A stretch of 46,582 bases of DNA from Nemertoderma westbladi (lineage: Eukaryota > Animalia > Xenacoelomorpha), in NCBI GenBank assembly GCA_032718475.1, contig JAUCBJ010005713.1, forward strand, positions 1 to 46,582, given 5' to 3'. How positions within the stretch are numbered: position 1 is the stretch's first letter; each line of letters opens with the position of its first letter. Below the pieces are notes generated by a model, which ran no database searches, was not told the DNA's origin, and worked only from the letters and a program-made list of their open reading frames with translations. The translations under genes and the position numbers were made by a program. This document shows positions 25,401-38,211 of the stretch, piece by piece.

Positions 25401-28400
25401 CTCCATCCAGTATCCCTCCATCGTAAGATCTCCACTCAGTATCCCGTTCACGTAAGATCTCCCCTCACTATCCCGTTCACGTAAGATCTCCACTCAGTTT
25501 CCCGTTCACGTAAGATCTCCACCCAGTATCCCTCGTAAGATCTCCACCCAGTATTCCTCCCACGTAAGATCTCCACCCAGTATCCCTCCCATGTAAGATC
25601 TCCACCCAGTATCCCTCCTACGTAAGATCTCCACCCAGTATCCCTCCCACGTAAGATCTCCACCCAGTATTCCTCCCACGTAAGATCTCCACCCAGTATC
25701 CCTCCCACGTAAGATCTCCACCCAGTATCCCTCTGACGTAAGATCCCCACCCAGTATCCCTCCATCGTAAGATCTCCACCCAGTATCCCTCCCACGTAAG
25801 ATCTCCACACAGTATCCCGTTCACGTAAGATATCCACCAAGTATCTCTCCCTCGTAAGATCTCCACCCAGTATCCCTCGTAAGATCTCCACCCAGTATCC
25901 CTCCCACGTAAGATCTTCACCCAGTATCCCTCGTAGGATCTTCACCCAGTATCACTCCCACGTAAGATCTCCACCCAGTATCCCTCCCAAGTAGATCTCC
26001 ACCCAGCATCCCTCGTAAGATCTCCACCCAGGATCCTTCCCTCGTAAAATCTCCACCCAGTATCCCCCCCCCCCCCACGTAAGATCTCCACCCAGTATCC
26101 CTCCCTCGTAAGATATCCACTCAGTATCCCCCCTCATAAGATTTCCACCCAGTATCCCTCCTAAGATCTCCACGCAGTATCACTCCCACGTAAGATATCC
26201 ACCCAGTATCCCTCGTACGATCTCCACTCAGTATCCCGTTCACGTAAGATCTCCACCCAGTATCCCGTTCACGTAAGATCTGCACCCAGTATCCCTCGTA
26301 AGATCTCCACTCAGTATCCCGCTCACGTAAGATCTCCACCCAGTATCCCTCGTAAGATCTCCACTCAGTATCCCGTTCACGTAAGATCTCCACTCAGTAT
26401 CCCGTTCAGGTAAGATCTCCACTCAGTATCCCTCCCACGTAAGATCTCCACCCAGTATCACCCCCACGTAAGATCTCCACTCAGTATCCCGTTCACGTAA
26501 GATCTCCACCCAGTATCCCCCCCCCCCCCCCACGTAAGATCTCCACCCAGTTTCCCTCCCTCGTAAGATCTCTACTCAGTATCCCTCCCACGTAAGATAT
26601 CCACCCAGTATCACTGCCACGTAAGATCTCCACCCAGTATCCCTCGTAAGATCTCCAATCAGTATCCCGTTCACGTAAGATCTCCATCCAGTATACCCTC
26701 CCACGTAAGATCTCCACCCAGTATCCCTCCCACGCAAGATCTCCACCCAGTCCTCCCACGTAAGATCTCAACCCAGTATTCCTCCCTCGTAAGATCTCCA
26801 ATCAGTATCCCGTTCACGTAAGATCTCCATCCAGTATACCCTCCCACGTAAGATCTCAACCCAGTATTCCTCCCTCGTAAGATCTCCACTCACTATCCCG
26901 TTCACGTAAGATCTCCACCCAGTATCCCTCGTAAGATCTCCACTGAGTATCCCGTTCACGTAAGATCTCCACCCAGTATCCCTCGTAAGATCTCCACCCA
27001 GTATCCCTCGTAAGATCTCCACCCAGTATCCCTCCATCGTAAGATCTCCACCCAGTATCCCTCCCACGTAAGATCTCCACCCAGTATCCCTCGTAAGATC
27101 TCCACCCAGTATCCCTCGTAAGATCTCCACCCAGTATCCCTCCCACGTAAGATCTCCCACCCAGTATCCGTCAAAACGTAAGATCTCCACCAAGTATCCC
27201 TCGTAAGATCTCCACTCAGTATCCCGTTCACGTAAGATCTCCACCCAGTATCCCTCGTAAGATCTCCACTCAGTATCCCGTTCACGTTAGATCTCCACTA
27301 AGTATCCCTCGTAAGATCTCCACCCAGTATCCCTCCATCGTAAGATCTCCACTCAGTATCCCGTTCACGTAAGATCTCCCCTCACTATCCCGTTCACGTA
27401 AGATCTCCACTCAGTATCCCGTTCACGTAAGATCTCCACCCAGTATCCCTCGTAAGATCTCCACCCAGTATCCCTCCCACGTAAGATCTCCACCCAGTAT
27501 CCCTCCCACGTAAGATCTCCACTCAGTATCCCGTTCACGTAAGATCTCCACCCAGTATTCCTCCCACGTAAGATCTCCACCCAGTATCCCTCCCACGTAA
27601 GATCTCCACCCAGTATCCCTCCTACGTAAGATCTCCACCCAGTATCCCTCCCACGTAAGATCTCCACCCAGTATTCCTCCCACGTAAGATCCCCACCCAG
27701 TATCCCTCCCACATAAGATCTCCACCCAGTATCCCTCTCACGTAAGATCTCCACCCAGTATCCCTCCATCGTAAGATCTCCACCCAGTATCCCTCCCACG
27801 TAAGATCTCCACACAGTATCCCGTTCACGTAAGATCTCCACCCAGTATTCCTCCCACGTAAGATCTCCACCCAGTATCCCTCTCACGTAAGATCCCCACC
27901 CAGTATCCCTCCATCGTAAGATCTCCACCCAGTATCCCTCCCACGTAAGATCTCCACTCAGTATCCCGTTCACGTAAGATCTCCACCCAGTATTCCTCCC
28001 ACATAAGATCTCCACCCAGTATCCCTCCCACGTAAGATTTCCACCCAGTATCCCCCCCCCAAGTAAGATCTCCACTCAGTATCTCGTTCACGTAAGATCT
28101 CCACCCAGTATCCCTCCCTCGTAAGATCTCCACCCAGTATCCCTCCATCGTAAGATCTCCACTCAGTATCCCGTTCACGTAAGATCTCCACCCAGTATCC
28201 CTCCCACGTAAGATCTCCACTCAGTATCCCGTTCAAGTAAGATCTCCACCCAGTATCCCTCCCACGTAAGATCTCCACCCAGTATCCCTCCCACGTAAGA
28301 TCTCCACCCAGTATCCCCCCCCCCCCCCACGAGAGATCTCCACTAAGTATCCCGTTCACGTAAGATCGCCACCCAGTATCCCTCCCTCGTAAGATCTCCA

Positions 28401-28626
28401 CCCAGTATCCCTCCATCGTAAGATCTCCACTCAGTATCCCGTTCACGTAAGATCTCCACCCAGTATCCCTCGTAAGATCTCCACCCAGTATCCCTCCCAC
28501 GTAAGATCTCCACCCAGTATCCCTCCCACGTAAGATTTCCACTCAGTATCCCGTTCACGTAAGATCTCCACCCAGTATTCCTCCCACGTAATATCTCCAC
28601 CCAGTATCCCTCCCAAGTAAGATCTG
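22473..28626. repeat. 6.1-kb satellite of 25/29-bp units with higher-order structure
   Basis: Core gtaagatctccacccagtatccc plus variable tails (tc, tcccac, tccctc, gttcac, tccatc). Confidence 0.98.
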
Positions 28627-28799
28627 ATTTGGATATCCGACATTTGTTACCCAAGTTGATATTGTTTCAGTCTTTAGAGTTATGCTTAATATTTCGAATA
28701 ATATATTATTAATTAATCTGGACACCCCCCAGTCGGGGTAAATGGTAAAAAACCTAAGTAATTACATATTATTAAATTGCACGGAATCTAAAATTTATA

Positions 28800-29895
28800 A
28801 ATTACTAAAATATTAATATATGGTCTAAAGTAATTAGTTATTGAGAGGATAAGGTGGGTATTGTTGGGCATTTGTCGCAGACTAGGGCATGGTATCGGTT
28901 CTTTGCAGGTTGCAGACAGAAACGACATATACAGTCAATACATGGATCGATTATTTTCACACAGCTTGAAATGAAACCCGTGTGATGTGGTTCTTGTTGC
29001 TAGGTGACGGTGTCGTTGGCCGCTGCGTTTCCAGCTAGATGATTGGAACGCAGGGCCCAGCTGGTATTGTTCTGCATTGAAATTTGCATTGCGATCGTTT
29101 CTGAAAGTGTTGTACTGTTCTAGAATTGCTGAGTTAAATATGCCTGGGAATTTAAGAACAATGTCATTAGTTAAGGTTTCTTCGTTGATTAATTTCAAAA
29201 CGAGCGTGGAGGATGAGGAGATGTGTAGGCCGAGTAACCGTTTTATAAATGTAGATTTTATTTTGTCGATTTCCTTTAGTTGGGGCAGTGTAAGCAGGGG
29301 ACCAAACTCGGATATTGCGTACGTTGTCATTGGGAAAATCTTCATTTGAAATATTTTCATTCCGGTTTGTACAGAAACTAGATGCAGGTTTCTAAGAGAG
29401 CCAATGGCGGAATATGCCTTTTCCTTTTTTGCTTTAATGTGCTTTGTGAACGTCAAAGTTGGTTGTAGGGTGAGTCCCAGATACTCGTAATGGTCACAGA
29501 TTGTTACAGCCTCCCCATTGTAAAAGAATTTGTCATACAGAGCAAGCCGGCCACCCTTCCTAAACTTAACAATCTTTGTTTTTATTAGGTTGACTTGTAT
29601 AGAGTTTTCACAGCACCATTTGTAAAGGTTGTTAAGACCGTCTTGAATATCCCTAGGGTTGGTAGAGTAAAAAGCAAGATCATCGGCATAAAATATACAT
29701 TTCAGAAACTGGATTGCGCGCCGCAGGGCAGATACGAGGACGGCAATGTACAGGATGAAATTCGTTGGAGAAAGGCAATCGCTTTGTAAGAAACCGAGTA
29801 TTTGTCGGATTGCATTTGATAGACGCAACCCATCATAGATTTGTATGAAATTTACTTTCAGTATTGATTTGATGATGTTGTATAGTTTCCCTTTG
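28800..29895 (-). mobile_element. Older non-LTR retrotransposon (CR1-group-like), 3' part of ORF2
   Basis: QSDCLSP, FYADD, KTKIVKFRKGG, YEYLG, and a C-terminal HGFH..C / C.C..C..H..C finger (frameshifted). The 3' boundary is approximate. Confidence 0.85.
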
Positions 29896-30027
29896 TCAGA
29901 ATAGTCAGGAAATCAGTCATTAGGAGTTTACTCATTCATTAGCTTGTTTGATAGGCCCTACAGCCCTACTGTAAAAATTTATTTTTTACATTACTTAAAT
30001 TTAAATATTTATTAAATATATATAATC

Positions 30028-30936
30028 ATGGAGCCAGATGCGGATCGATTTTTACAACTACAAAGCAAAATTCTAGCCATTACAAAATCTATAAAAAGTA
30101 AGAGGAGTACCACTAACGAAGAAGAAAACACCATAACGGAGACCTTACACGAAATGTCCGCCCTATATACTTCAACGCTTGGATGGTTAGCCGACTCAAG
30201 GAGAGATGTTATCGAGGCGAAGAATGAGATTATAAAATCCAAAACGGCGCAACTGGAGTACTCCAAATCACACAGATCAAACACCATGCAAAATATGCCG
30301 CATTCCAACACAAACATTATCCCTGTAACAAACACAACCAGTACAAGACTCGTCGATCCTAATAACTCATTCGCAACAGCCACCACCACCGGTACAATGA
30401 ACATTCACCCCACAAGAGCGCCTCGCTTCCAACAAACATCCAGAGATTTCCATGCAGCGACATCGAATGTTAACAACGATGAATCCACATCAGGTTGGCA
30501 GCAAGTTAATTCCAGACGACTGCATGATCAGGCTCTCAGTCGCAGGGGTACAAGGTCAGGTGGGTCGCTTTGAGTGGCGAGTTCGGTCGACCGTCATTCC
30601 ACCAGGAAAGCGCATATACACATTGGATGTCTAGATCCCTCCGTTACCCCCACCGAGATAAAGGATTTCCTAACCGCCGAGAAAATAGAATTCCAGGAAG
30701 TTAACAAAGTAAACCCTCACCCAGACGCGAGTCACGCCAGTTTTCACATTGTGTGTACCCAGGACGACCGCGATTCTATCATGGACCCCTCACTCTGGGA
30801 CGTAGGAATAACGATAAAAAACTATAGACTGACAGATTCCGAACGCGCTCGCTACGGGGTGAGACCACGGCCACGATACACCCCAACCAATCCCAATCCA
30901 TCTGGGATGGATACTGGTTCTCCGTCGGGGGACTAA
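30028..30936 (+). pseudogene. LINE ORF1 (coiled-coil plus RRM-like domain) with an in-frame TGA at 30571-30573
   Basis: ORFs 30028-30573 and 30574-30936 are contiguous in one frame. HIHIGCLDPSVT...SFHIVC...WDVGITIK resembles an RRM-type ORF1. Confidence 0.75.
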
Positions 30937-30980
30937 TAAGTGACTCGCACATACCGCCAGGCACCATATATAATTACCCT

Positions 30981-33049
30981 TTGATAACCGGTTCTAGAAC
31001 AGACTCATATTTAGCCGACTCAACCACATTGGTGCGAGGCTCAGACACAGCATCTACAGCGCACAGTAATCTGTCCGATCTTGCGGATGCAGCTGATGTT
31101 ACTACTGGGTCGGTTGGAAATGCCTCTATGACAGACTCCATGCCAGTTCCCGTTGCACCAGCCGGACCAGGCCATAATGATATAAGCGCAACTCTTTGGA
31201 ACGTGGAAGGCCTAAGATCTGTGTTGAACCTAACCCACAGGGACTCAGTATTCGATACTGACATCTTGTTGTTTACAGAAACTATGGTAACCGATTTCGT
31301 TGATATACCTGGGTACTGCACGTTTCATTCTCTTGCCAAGCGCCCCCAGCGCAAGGGACGACCGTCAGGTGGAGTATGTATCGCCATAAAGCCAAGGTTA
31401 AATCCAAAGCAATTGGCTTCTAGTGATTCTCATATAGTCGTTAGTTTTTATCATGGGATATCAGCTTGTGGATACTTTCCGCCTCATATGAATCTAGAAG
31501 ATTTCATAGAGAGCGTTCTATGCATGTTAGATGATGTAAAAACCACAAGCCATTCGTTCATTATCTTCGGAGGTGATTTTAACGCATGTGCTGATCTGAG
31601 CGACCAACCGAAAACTGATGCACTGGAATTGATGATGGAGGAAAATAATCTAGCTCTACAAAACGACCCTTCAATTCACACTTATATTTGCCACAATGGC
31701 GCCAGTACGATACATATTCTTTATTCTAACTCCCAAGACAATTGTGTCGAATATATCAGTTGTCCGCTCCGGAAACACATACCTGTGAAAGTTACATGGA
31801 ATTTCATAAAGACCGGGTTGAACGATGAAGAAGAATTGATCTTCACACCTCGAAAACGAACGGTAGATATCGATAAGGTCTCAAACGATGAACGAATCAC
31901 GGAAATTTATAATTTATTGGATGAGTCCGAAATTGACGAGGCTTATTCTATTCTAACTGATGTCATCCACGATGCTGCTCCTGTTAGTCACAAACAGACC
32001 CGTTTCTCTAAACAATGGTTTGACGAGGAATGCTTTAAAAAACGTCAGGAAGTACTAAACTCTCTTCACAGAGCGAGGTTCGACCATCGGCATCGTCCCA
32101 TTCTTGGTAAACTACGACGGGAATACAAAGAACTGTTAGAATTTAAGCTAAAAACTCACAATGAGGCCCAGGAGCAAAAACAAATTATTGAAGCCATATA
32201 AATGTATATTATATCATTATATCAACATATATATTATATCCCAACCATATAAATGGTCTAAAAAGAACAGTCAACAGGAGTCTTGCCCTGTTCGTCTAGA
32301 GACATTCGAAAACCACTTCAGCCAACTACTAGGATCAACCGACACGGAGGAGGTGTCGTTTGTACGAAACCTGTGGTCTGACACCAGCCATTTGGATCCC
32401 CCTCGTACTGAGAATTGCCTGCCTGATGATGATTATGAGCGAAGCTTCTCTGAGGAAGAGATTAGAAACGAGATCTTTTCAAAGAAGCCTGGTAAATCTG
32501 GAGGCCCCGACTGGCTTCCCTATGAGGTGCTAAAGGCTGCACTCCCCACCACGTTAACAATATGGACATTGCTGCTGAATATTTGTTGGAACACGGGCCG
32601 TCTAGTTAGCGCCTGGAAGAATAGCCTTATGAAAGTGTTGTACAAGGGGAAGGGCTGCCGTTCAGACGCCGATAATTACAGAGGTATCTCTTTACTATGT
32701 ACCATGTATAAAATTTTACCCCGTCTCGTGGAGAGGAGACTGCGAAATCTACTGTCTTTTCTGATTCCTTCCGAGCAATTCGGATTTATGCCCGGGAAAT
32801 CAACCAAAATCCCTTTAGCAAAATTTATTTCTAGAATAAGATCGAATTTATCAACCCCAAAGAAGCCACTTTATGCTCTTTTCGTCGATTTTCGAAAAGC
32901 TTTCGATTCTGTGCCCCGATCTATCCTATTGTCTAAATTAGAATCATCATTCGGTATCCGCGGAAAACTTCTTAGAATTATAAAAGCAATACTGGGTGCA
33001 AATTACGTTCGGGTTTACGATGGTCTAAGGAAAAGCCGGACGATAGAAC
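30981..33049 (+). pseudogene. LINE ORF2, 5' part: AP endonuclease and N-terminal RT
   Basis: WNVEGL, LFTET, GRPSGG, GGDFN, KSGGPD, NYRGISLL, EQFGF, FVDFRKAFDSV. Frameshift near 32200. Confidence 0.9.
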
Positions 33050-33230
33050 TGTTGATCCTAGTTTATATATTGAAAATATAGCTGTATGCTTGTACCGGTA
33101 ACCAGTACCTGTATGTATTTAATAACACTAAATGCTATATGGTAAATATAATAATACAAGACACCCGGTCGCAACATGCAGACATGCCAGGTCGTATTAC
33201 AGTAGTTATCACAATATATATTACATAACA
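33050..33230 (-). repeat. 3' LTR (TG...CA)
   Basis: Matches 39521-39701 with one mismatch by my comparison (aaatgcta vs aaacgcta). Confidence 0.95.
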
Positions 33231-33233
33231 GAT

Positions 33234-33246
33234 TCCCCCTATTTTC

Positions 33247-33286
<40 letters not shown>
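33234..33286 (-). other. Polypurine tract preceded by an A run of about 35 nt
   Basis: The minus strand reads A-run, gagaagaaaataggggga, then atc, then the 3' LTR. Confidence 0.85.
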
Positions 33287-33289
<3 letters not shown>

Positions 33290-33363
33290 GACCAGAATTA
33301 AGTCTGTTAATCCTAAGAATAGAAGACCGAAAGAAATGCAAAAATACATGAAACTAAAATAGT

Positions 33364-36300
33364 CTAAATCACCAGCTTTCCTTTCTGCATGACCTGCAAT
33401 AACGACAAACCCGAGGCACCTCTCTTGGTTAAACAGTTTGCCAGTTGCATCTGCCCCGAAATCCAACAGATGTCCTTTACTTCACCTTTCTCCAGCGATT
33501 CTTTTATTGCAGCAAGATCAATGTGTAACTTTCTGTCGTCAACCAGCTTGGTAGAGTGGATTGATTCTATCACGCTCTTATTATCAACATAGGCAGTAAT
33601 TGGAAGTGGAACTTCATTTCCACTTAAAAGTTCCAGAATGATGCTACGAATATAAATCGCCTCTTCCAAACCTGCTTCCAAACTCAAGGCTTCTGCTGCG
33701 ATAGTTGATCTGACAACACGTCGGATCTTGTTAGTGGTCCATGAGACTGGACAAGATCGCTGTCCCATTCCGACCAAGAATACGATGAAAGACATGGTAC
33801 TACTGATTTTATCATTAAGATTCGCTAGCGCTGCGTCAGTAAACACAACAATTCTCCAAAAGTAAAAGGATCCAAGATTCGGAAACAAAATATAACAGGA
33901 AGAGTCCTTAATCTTTCGAATAATTGATTTTACACGAATGAGGTTCTCCAAGCGCGCATTCTTGAATTTTGTACTCAATTCCAGCAAATCGAATGACCAA
34001 TCAGGGCGACATCCCTGAACTACCCAGTTCAGTTTTCCAACCAAAGATCGGTAAATAGACATATCCTTTGCACATAAAGTTTCACTCTTATCAACACCAA
34101 AGACTTGATCCGGAGCTCGAGTATCAAGTCCTTGAACATATCTGTCCTGAATTAGATGGATTGCTCCATTGTCAGACTCCTGGCGAATCTCAAAGCCAAT
34201 ATATTTGAAATTTCTCTGCTCTTCCTTGCCCGCAATAAATCTCGCTTTCAGTTCATTTATAACAGCCAATTCAAAATGTTTGGTGCCAGCATGTAAAAAG
34301 TCGTCCAATGACGTCGTATGAGTCGAATGAGTCGTATGAGAAACTAGCAAGCCACATAGCTTCTCCTTATGATAATAATAAAACAGGGTAGGGTCCAACT
34401 GTGATTTCTTACATCCAAGGGATATTAGTGCTTGAACCACGCTAATATAAAACTGCCTTGGAGCATCGTTAAGCCCATAAAGACATTTCTGAAGATGCCA
34501 CACCGTACCCGACGCTGCCTTGGCTTCTTTAGGAGGTGTTAAATAAACTGGACGCAACATATCTTCACTCTGTAAGAAAGCAGATTTAACATCAGTTGTT
34601 TTAACAATCCATGCATTTGTAGCTATAAGACCAAGTACAATACGCAAGGTGCTCTTATTCACTGTAGGTGAATCAGTAGGAAAATCAACTTCCTCTTCAA
34701 AACCACGAGCTACAAGCCTCGCACGTATTTCTTCTCCTTTATACCATAAAACCCAACGGGTCGATATGCAATTCTGTCCAGAATAAACGACTTCCTTGTA
34801 GGCATTAAAATCGATGAGTTTTTTAAGTTCAATCTCCTTTGCATTCATACACTCCGGTCTGTTATGTTCCTCCCGTGGAATGAGAACCAAATTTACTTCT
34901 TCCACAAATTCAGGCTTCCATTGTAACTGCTCTAAATCAACGCTCCGTGAATTGCCTGTCACATCTTCAATATTATACCAGTTGGAATATTTTCCTGATA
35001 CTTTTCCGGCTCTCCCGAGTACGGTTGCTGAAAACCACTGATCATTATTTGGGTCATGTATAGTAATTTTGTCCTTAGGTTTTGGATATGAAGATCTGGT
35101 TACTGCTGAAAAGTTGGGAAGTTGTGTAGTCAGCGACTCGGCTCTCGTAGTCGTATCGGAAATTATGGCTTCTGGGGAATATTGGGCACAATCATTCAGT
35201 GAGTTAGGTTCATCATCTTCGCTCACTTCACCAGGGTCAATCTCATCTGTGTTTCCTTTCTGAATTATTTTACATTGATTTTCACTATGCGGCTGCGCAG
35301 CAAACTCCTTACCCACTTTTACAATTCTGTTAAGAGACACTCGAACATACACACTTCCATGGCGTACAAATATGATTTTGCCATCTTGGCCAATAACAAT
35401 ACCGGGACCGTGCCATCTAGGACTATCGTTTCGTTTGTAAAACACCTTTTCTCCGGATTGAAAACTTTCATTGGATACCCGTATTTTATGACGCAATGCC
35501 CGCCGTACTCGCTCTGAAGCTTCCGATTTCAAAAATGCCAATCTTGATGCATGTAGTGATGTCAAATGCATAGCAAACTGTTCACTAATCGTTTGACCTT
35601 CTAGAGCAGGAGGCTTATCTATCAGAGTAGATGGAAATGTGGGGTTCTGACCAAATACCAATTGATAAGGTGAAAAACCTGAAACATTTTGAAGAGCATT
35701 TTTAGCATTTACTGCCCAAATCAATGCAACTTCTAGACTAACGGAAGGATTATCTTCTATTAACTTCTGAACAGATACATCGATGACTGTGTGGTTCCTT
35801 TCACATAATCCGTTCTGCCAGGGACTCTGTGCCGCAGTATTCAGAACTTCAATGTTAAGATTCTCACTCATATCGCGGTACTTCTCGTTAGCAAATTCAC
35901 CGCCGTTGTCTGCTAGAAATTTCTCCGGAACGCCCAAACCAGAACCGATCCATAATTTCATTACTTTATCAATTATTGTATCAGGTTTCTTATTCGTAAT
36001 AATGGTGGAGAGAGAAAACCGGGTAAACATGTCGATTAAGTGTAAGAAATATATTTCAGGTTTGTATTCCTTTAAGTCCATGGCCACAGCTTCATTAAAC
36101 CTTTTAGCAATTGGTAACCCAACAACAGGACGGGCAGGGGTCTTTTTGAATCTTAGACATATCTCACAGTTTCTTTCGAGATCATCAATAACTTTTTCAC
36201 AATCTTTATCCCAAAATCCTGCATCTTGTAATAATGCGCGTAGTTTCTTGCCCGAAGGATGTGCAAACTGCTTATGTAACTTTAATATAACTTCTTTCTT

Positions 36301-36634
36301 TTCTTTTATTGGTCGTTCATCGAGCGATACTAAACACATCCCGATTTCAACATCAGTTTTCTTAAGAGGAATAATATAATGACCCGATGTAGTGCAATCT
36401 AGAGTTACATCTCGACCAAATACTTTAGCCCGATCGTTCTCCAGATCCAGATTAATACACGCTTTCTTCATTGCCGATTTGCTGAGTAACAGTGGGATAT
36501 CACTATCGACAACATCTGTGCGTATCCGTATTTTTGTGCCTGCCATTTCACACGGAAATATGACTTCGTAAAGCGATAGTTTTTTTTCTCCACCTCCAAA
36601 TCGAAAAGAACACCCTCCAGGATTTATCAGCACA
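33364..36634 (-). CDS. Copia pol: end of protease, integrase, RT, RNase H
   Basis: KLHKQFAH..CEIC zinc finger, AMDL / ADNGGEF / NGLCERNH DDE, ARLVARGFEE, DVKSAFLQ, LYGLNDA, FTDA, QLANCLTK. Confidence 0.93.
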
Positions 36635-38211
36635 CACCCCTGGTTTTAAAAACTTTTAGTGTCATGAAAAATACCATAAAATCTGTGACTGCCAGCTCTT
36701 ATATAATGGTCTGCATAGCAAAAAAAAATATTTTTTAAAATATTTTATCGAGCTCCTTTTTTTTTAGCACCTAAAAATGTGTTCTAGAACATTTTTTCGG
36801 TGGTGTGCGGAGTTGTCGATTTTAGGTAACTTGAATACTGATTCCTTATATTGGCCATTATATGCGAAATTCGCTCAGGATTTCAAATCTGCAAACAGTT
36901 TCATCATATCTTGTTTAGTTTTCGAGATATCGTGAAAAATGTGATGCGCACCCAAAAAGTGCGTGCGGCGCCAAATTTTAAATTTTCAGTAAATTGAAAT
37001 ATTCACTAAAAAATGAAAATTATCAATTTCTATAGGTTTTCTGTCATGCTGAATGCAATGGTAATATTTTCCAAAAGTCTGAGTGAATTGTTGTGCTACT
37101 TTTCATTGGGTGCTGAAATTATAAAAACAAAAATGACAAATTTTCTAAGTTTGGTAATATCCCGTTTAAACCTATGATTAGCTATTTTTTTTAGGTTTTG
37201 TATGGTTTTGAATGCTACAGTATTATTTTTTGGATAACTGGTTTACTATGTATATAATGTTTCCCAAACCATCATATTCGTTAGCAAAAGCTGTATAAAA
37301 ATTACCAAAAGTTATATAATAATTTCCAAAACATGTATTAAAAGCGGTATAAAATTTTCTAAAAGTTATAGAAAAATCCGAAAATGTCATAGAAAAGTTC
37401 TAAAAGTTATTCAAAACTTTGTAAAAGTTATATAAATATTCATAAAAGTTTAATAAAAATACATAAAGATAATTAATCGAAGTATTGTGTTTTGAAATAT
37501 TTTAGAATATATAAGTAGGATGACAATAATACAAACGTATGAATTAGAAATTAAATATATCTCATCACATTTTTTAGACAGTTTAGTAAAAATTGTATAC
37601 ACAGTAAACCTCTTATTGAGAAAACATTACTGTTACATTCAGCAACACACAGAATCTTAATAAATCGTAAATCAGAGCTTTATATTGTAAATTTTCAATG
37701 GTTGAAAATTTGATTTTCATTTTCCAAATTTCAGCACCCAATGAAAAGTAGTATGACAATTCACCCAGCCTTCTGGAAAATATTACCATTGCATTCAGCA
37801 TCGCAAAAAACCTATAGAAATAGATAATTTTAATTTTTTAGTGAATATTTGAATTTACTGAAAATTGAAAATTTGGCGCCGCACGCACTTTTTGGGTGCG
37901 CATCACATTTTTCACGATATCTTGAAAACTAAACAAGATATGATGAAACTGTTTGCAGATTTGAAATCCTGAGCGAATTTCGCATATAATGGCTAATATA
38001 AGGAATCAGTATTCAAGTTACCTAAATTCGACAACTCCGCATACCACCGAAGAAATGTTCTAGAACACATTTTTAGGTGCTAAAAAAAAGGAGCTCGATA
38101 AAATATTTTAAAAAATATTTTTTTTTGCTATGCAGACCATTATAAAAGAGCTGGCAGTCACAGATTTTACGGTATTTTTCATGACACTAAAAGTTTTTAA
38201 AACCAGGGGTG
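36635..38211. mobile_element. Non-autonomous foldback DNA transposon with TIRs of about 500 bp, CAC...GTG termini and a 4-bp TSD
   Basis: cacccctggttttaaaaac... / ...gtttttaaaaccaggggtg. TSD caca at 36631-36634 and 38212-38215. Removing it restores the Copia frame (EKSIV|LINPGG). Confidence 0.92.

Noticed and set aside
22473-28626. CRISPR-like array (constant repeat plus variable segment)
   Set aside because: The variable parts are only 2-6 nt and are reused, there are no unique spacers or cas genes, and the context is eukaryotic.
33239-33290. Poly-A tail of a retroposed insert, or a poly-Lys ORF
   Set aside because: It is contiguous with the Copia polypurine tract and has no TSD or body of its own.
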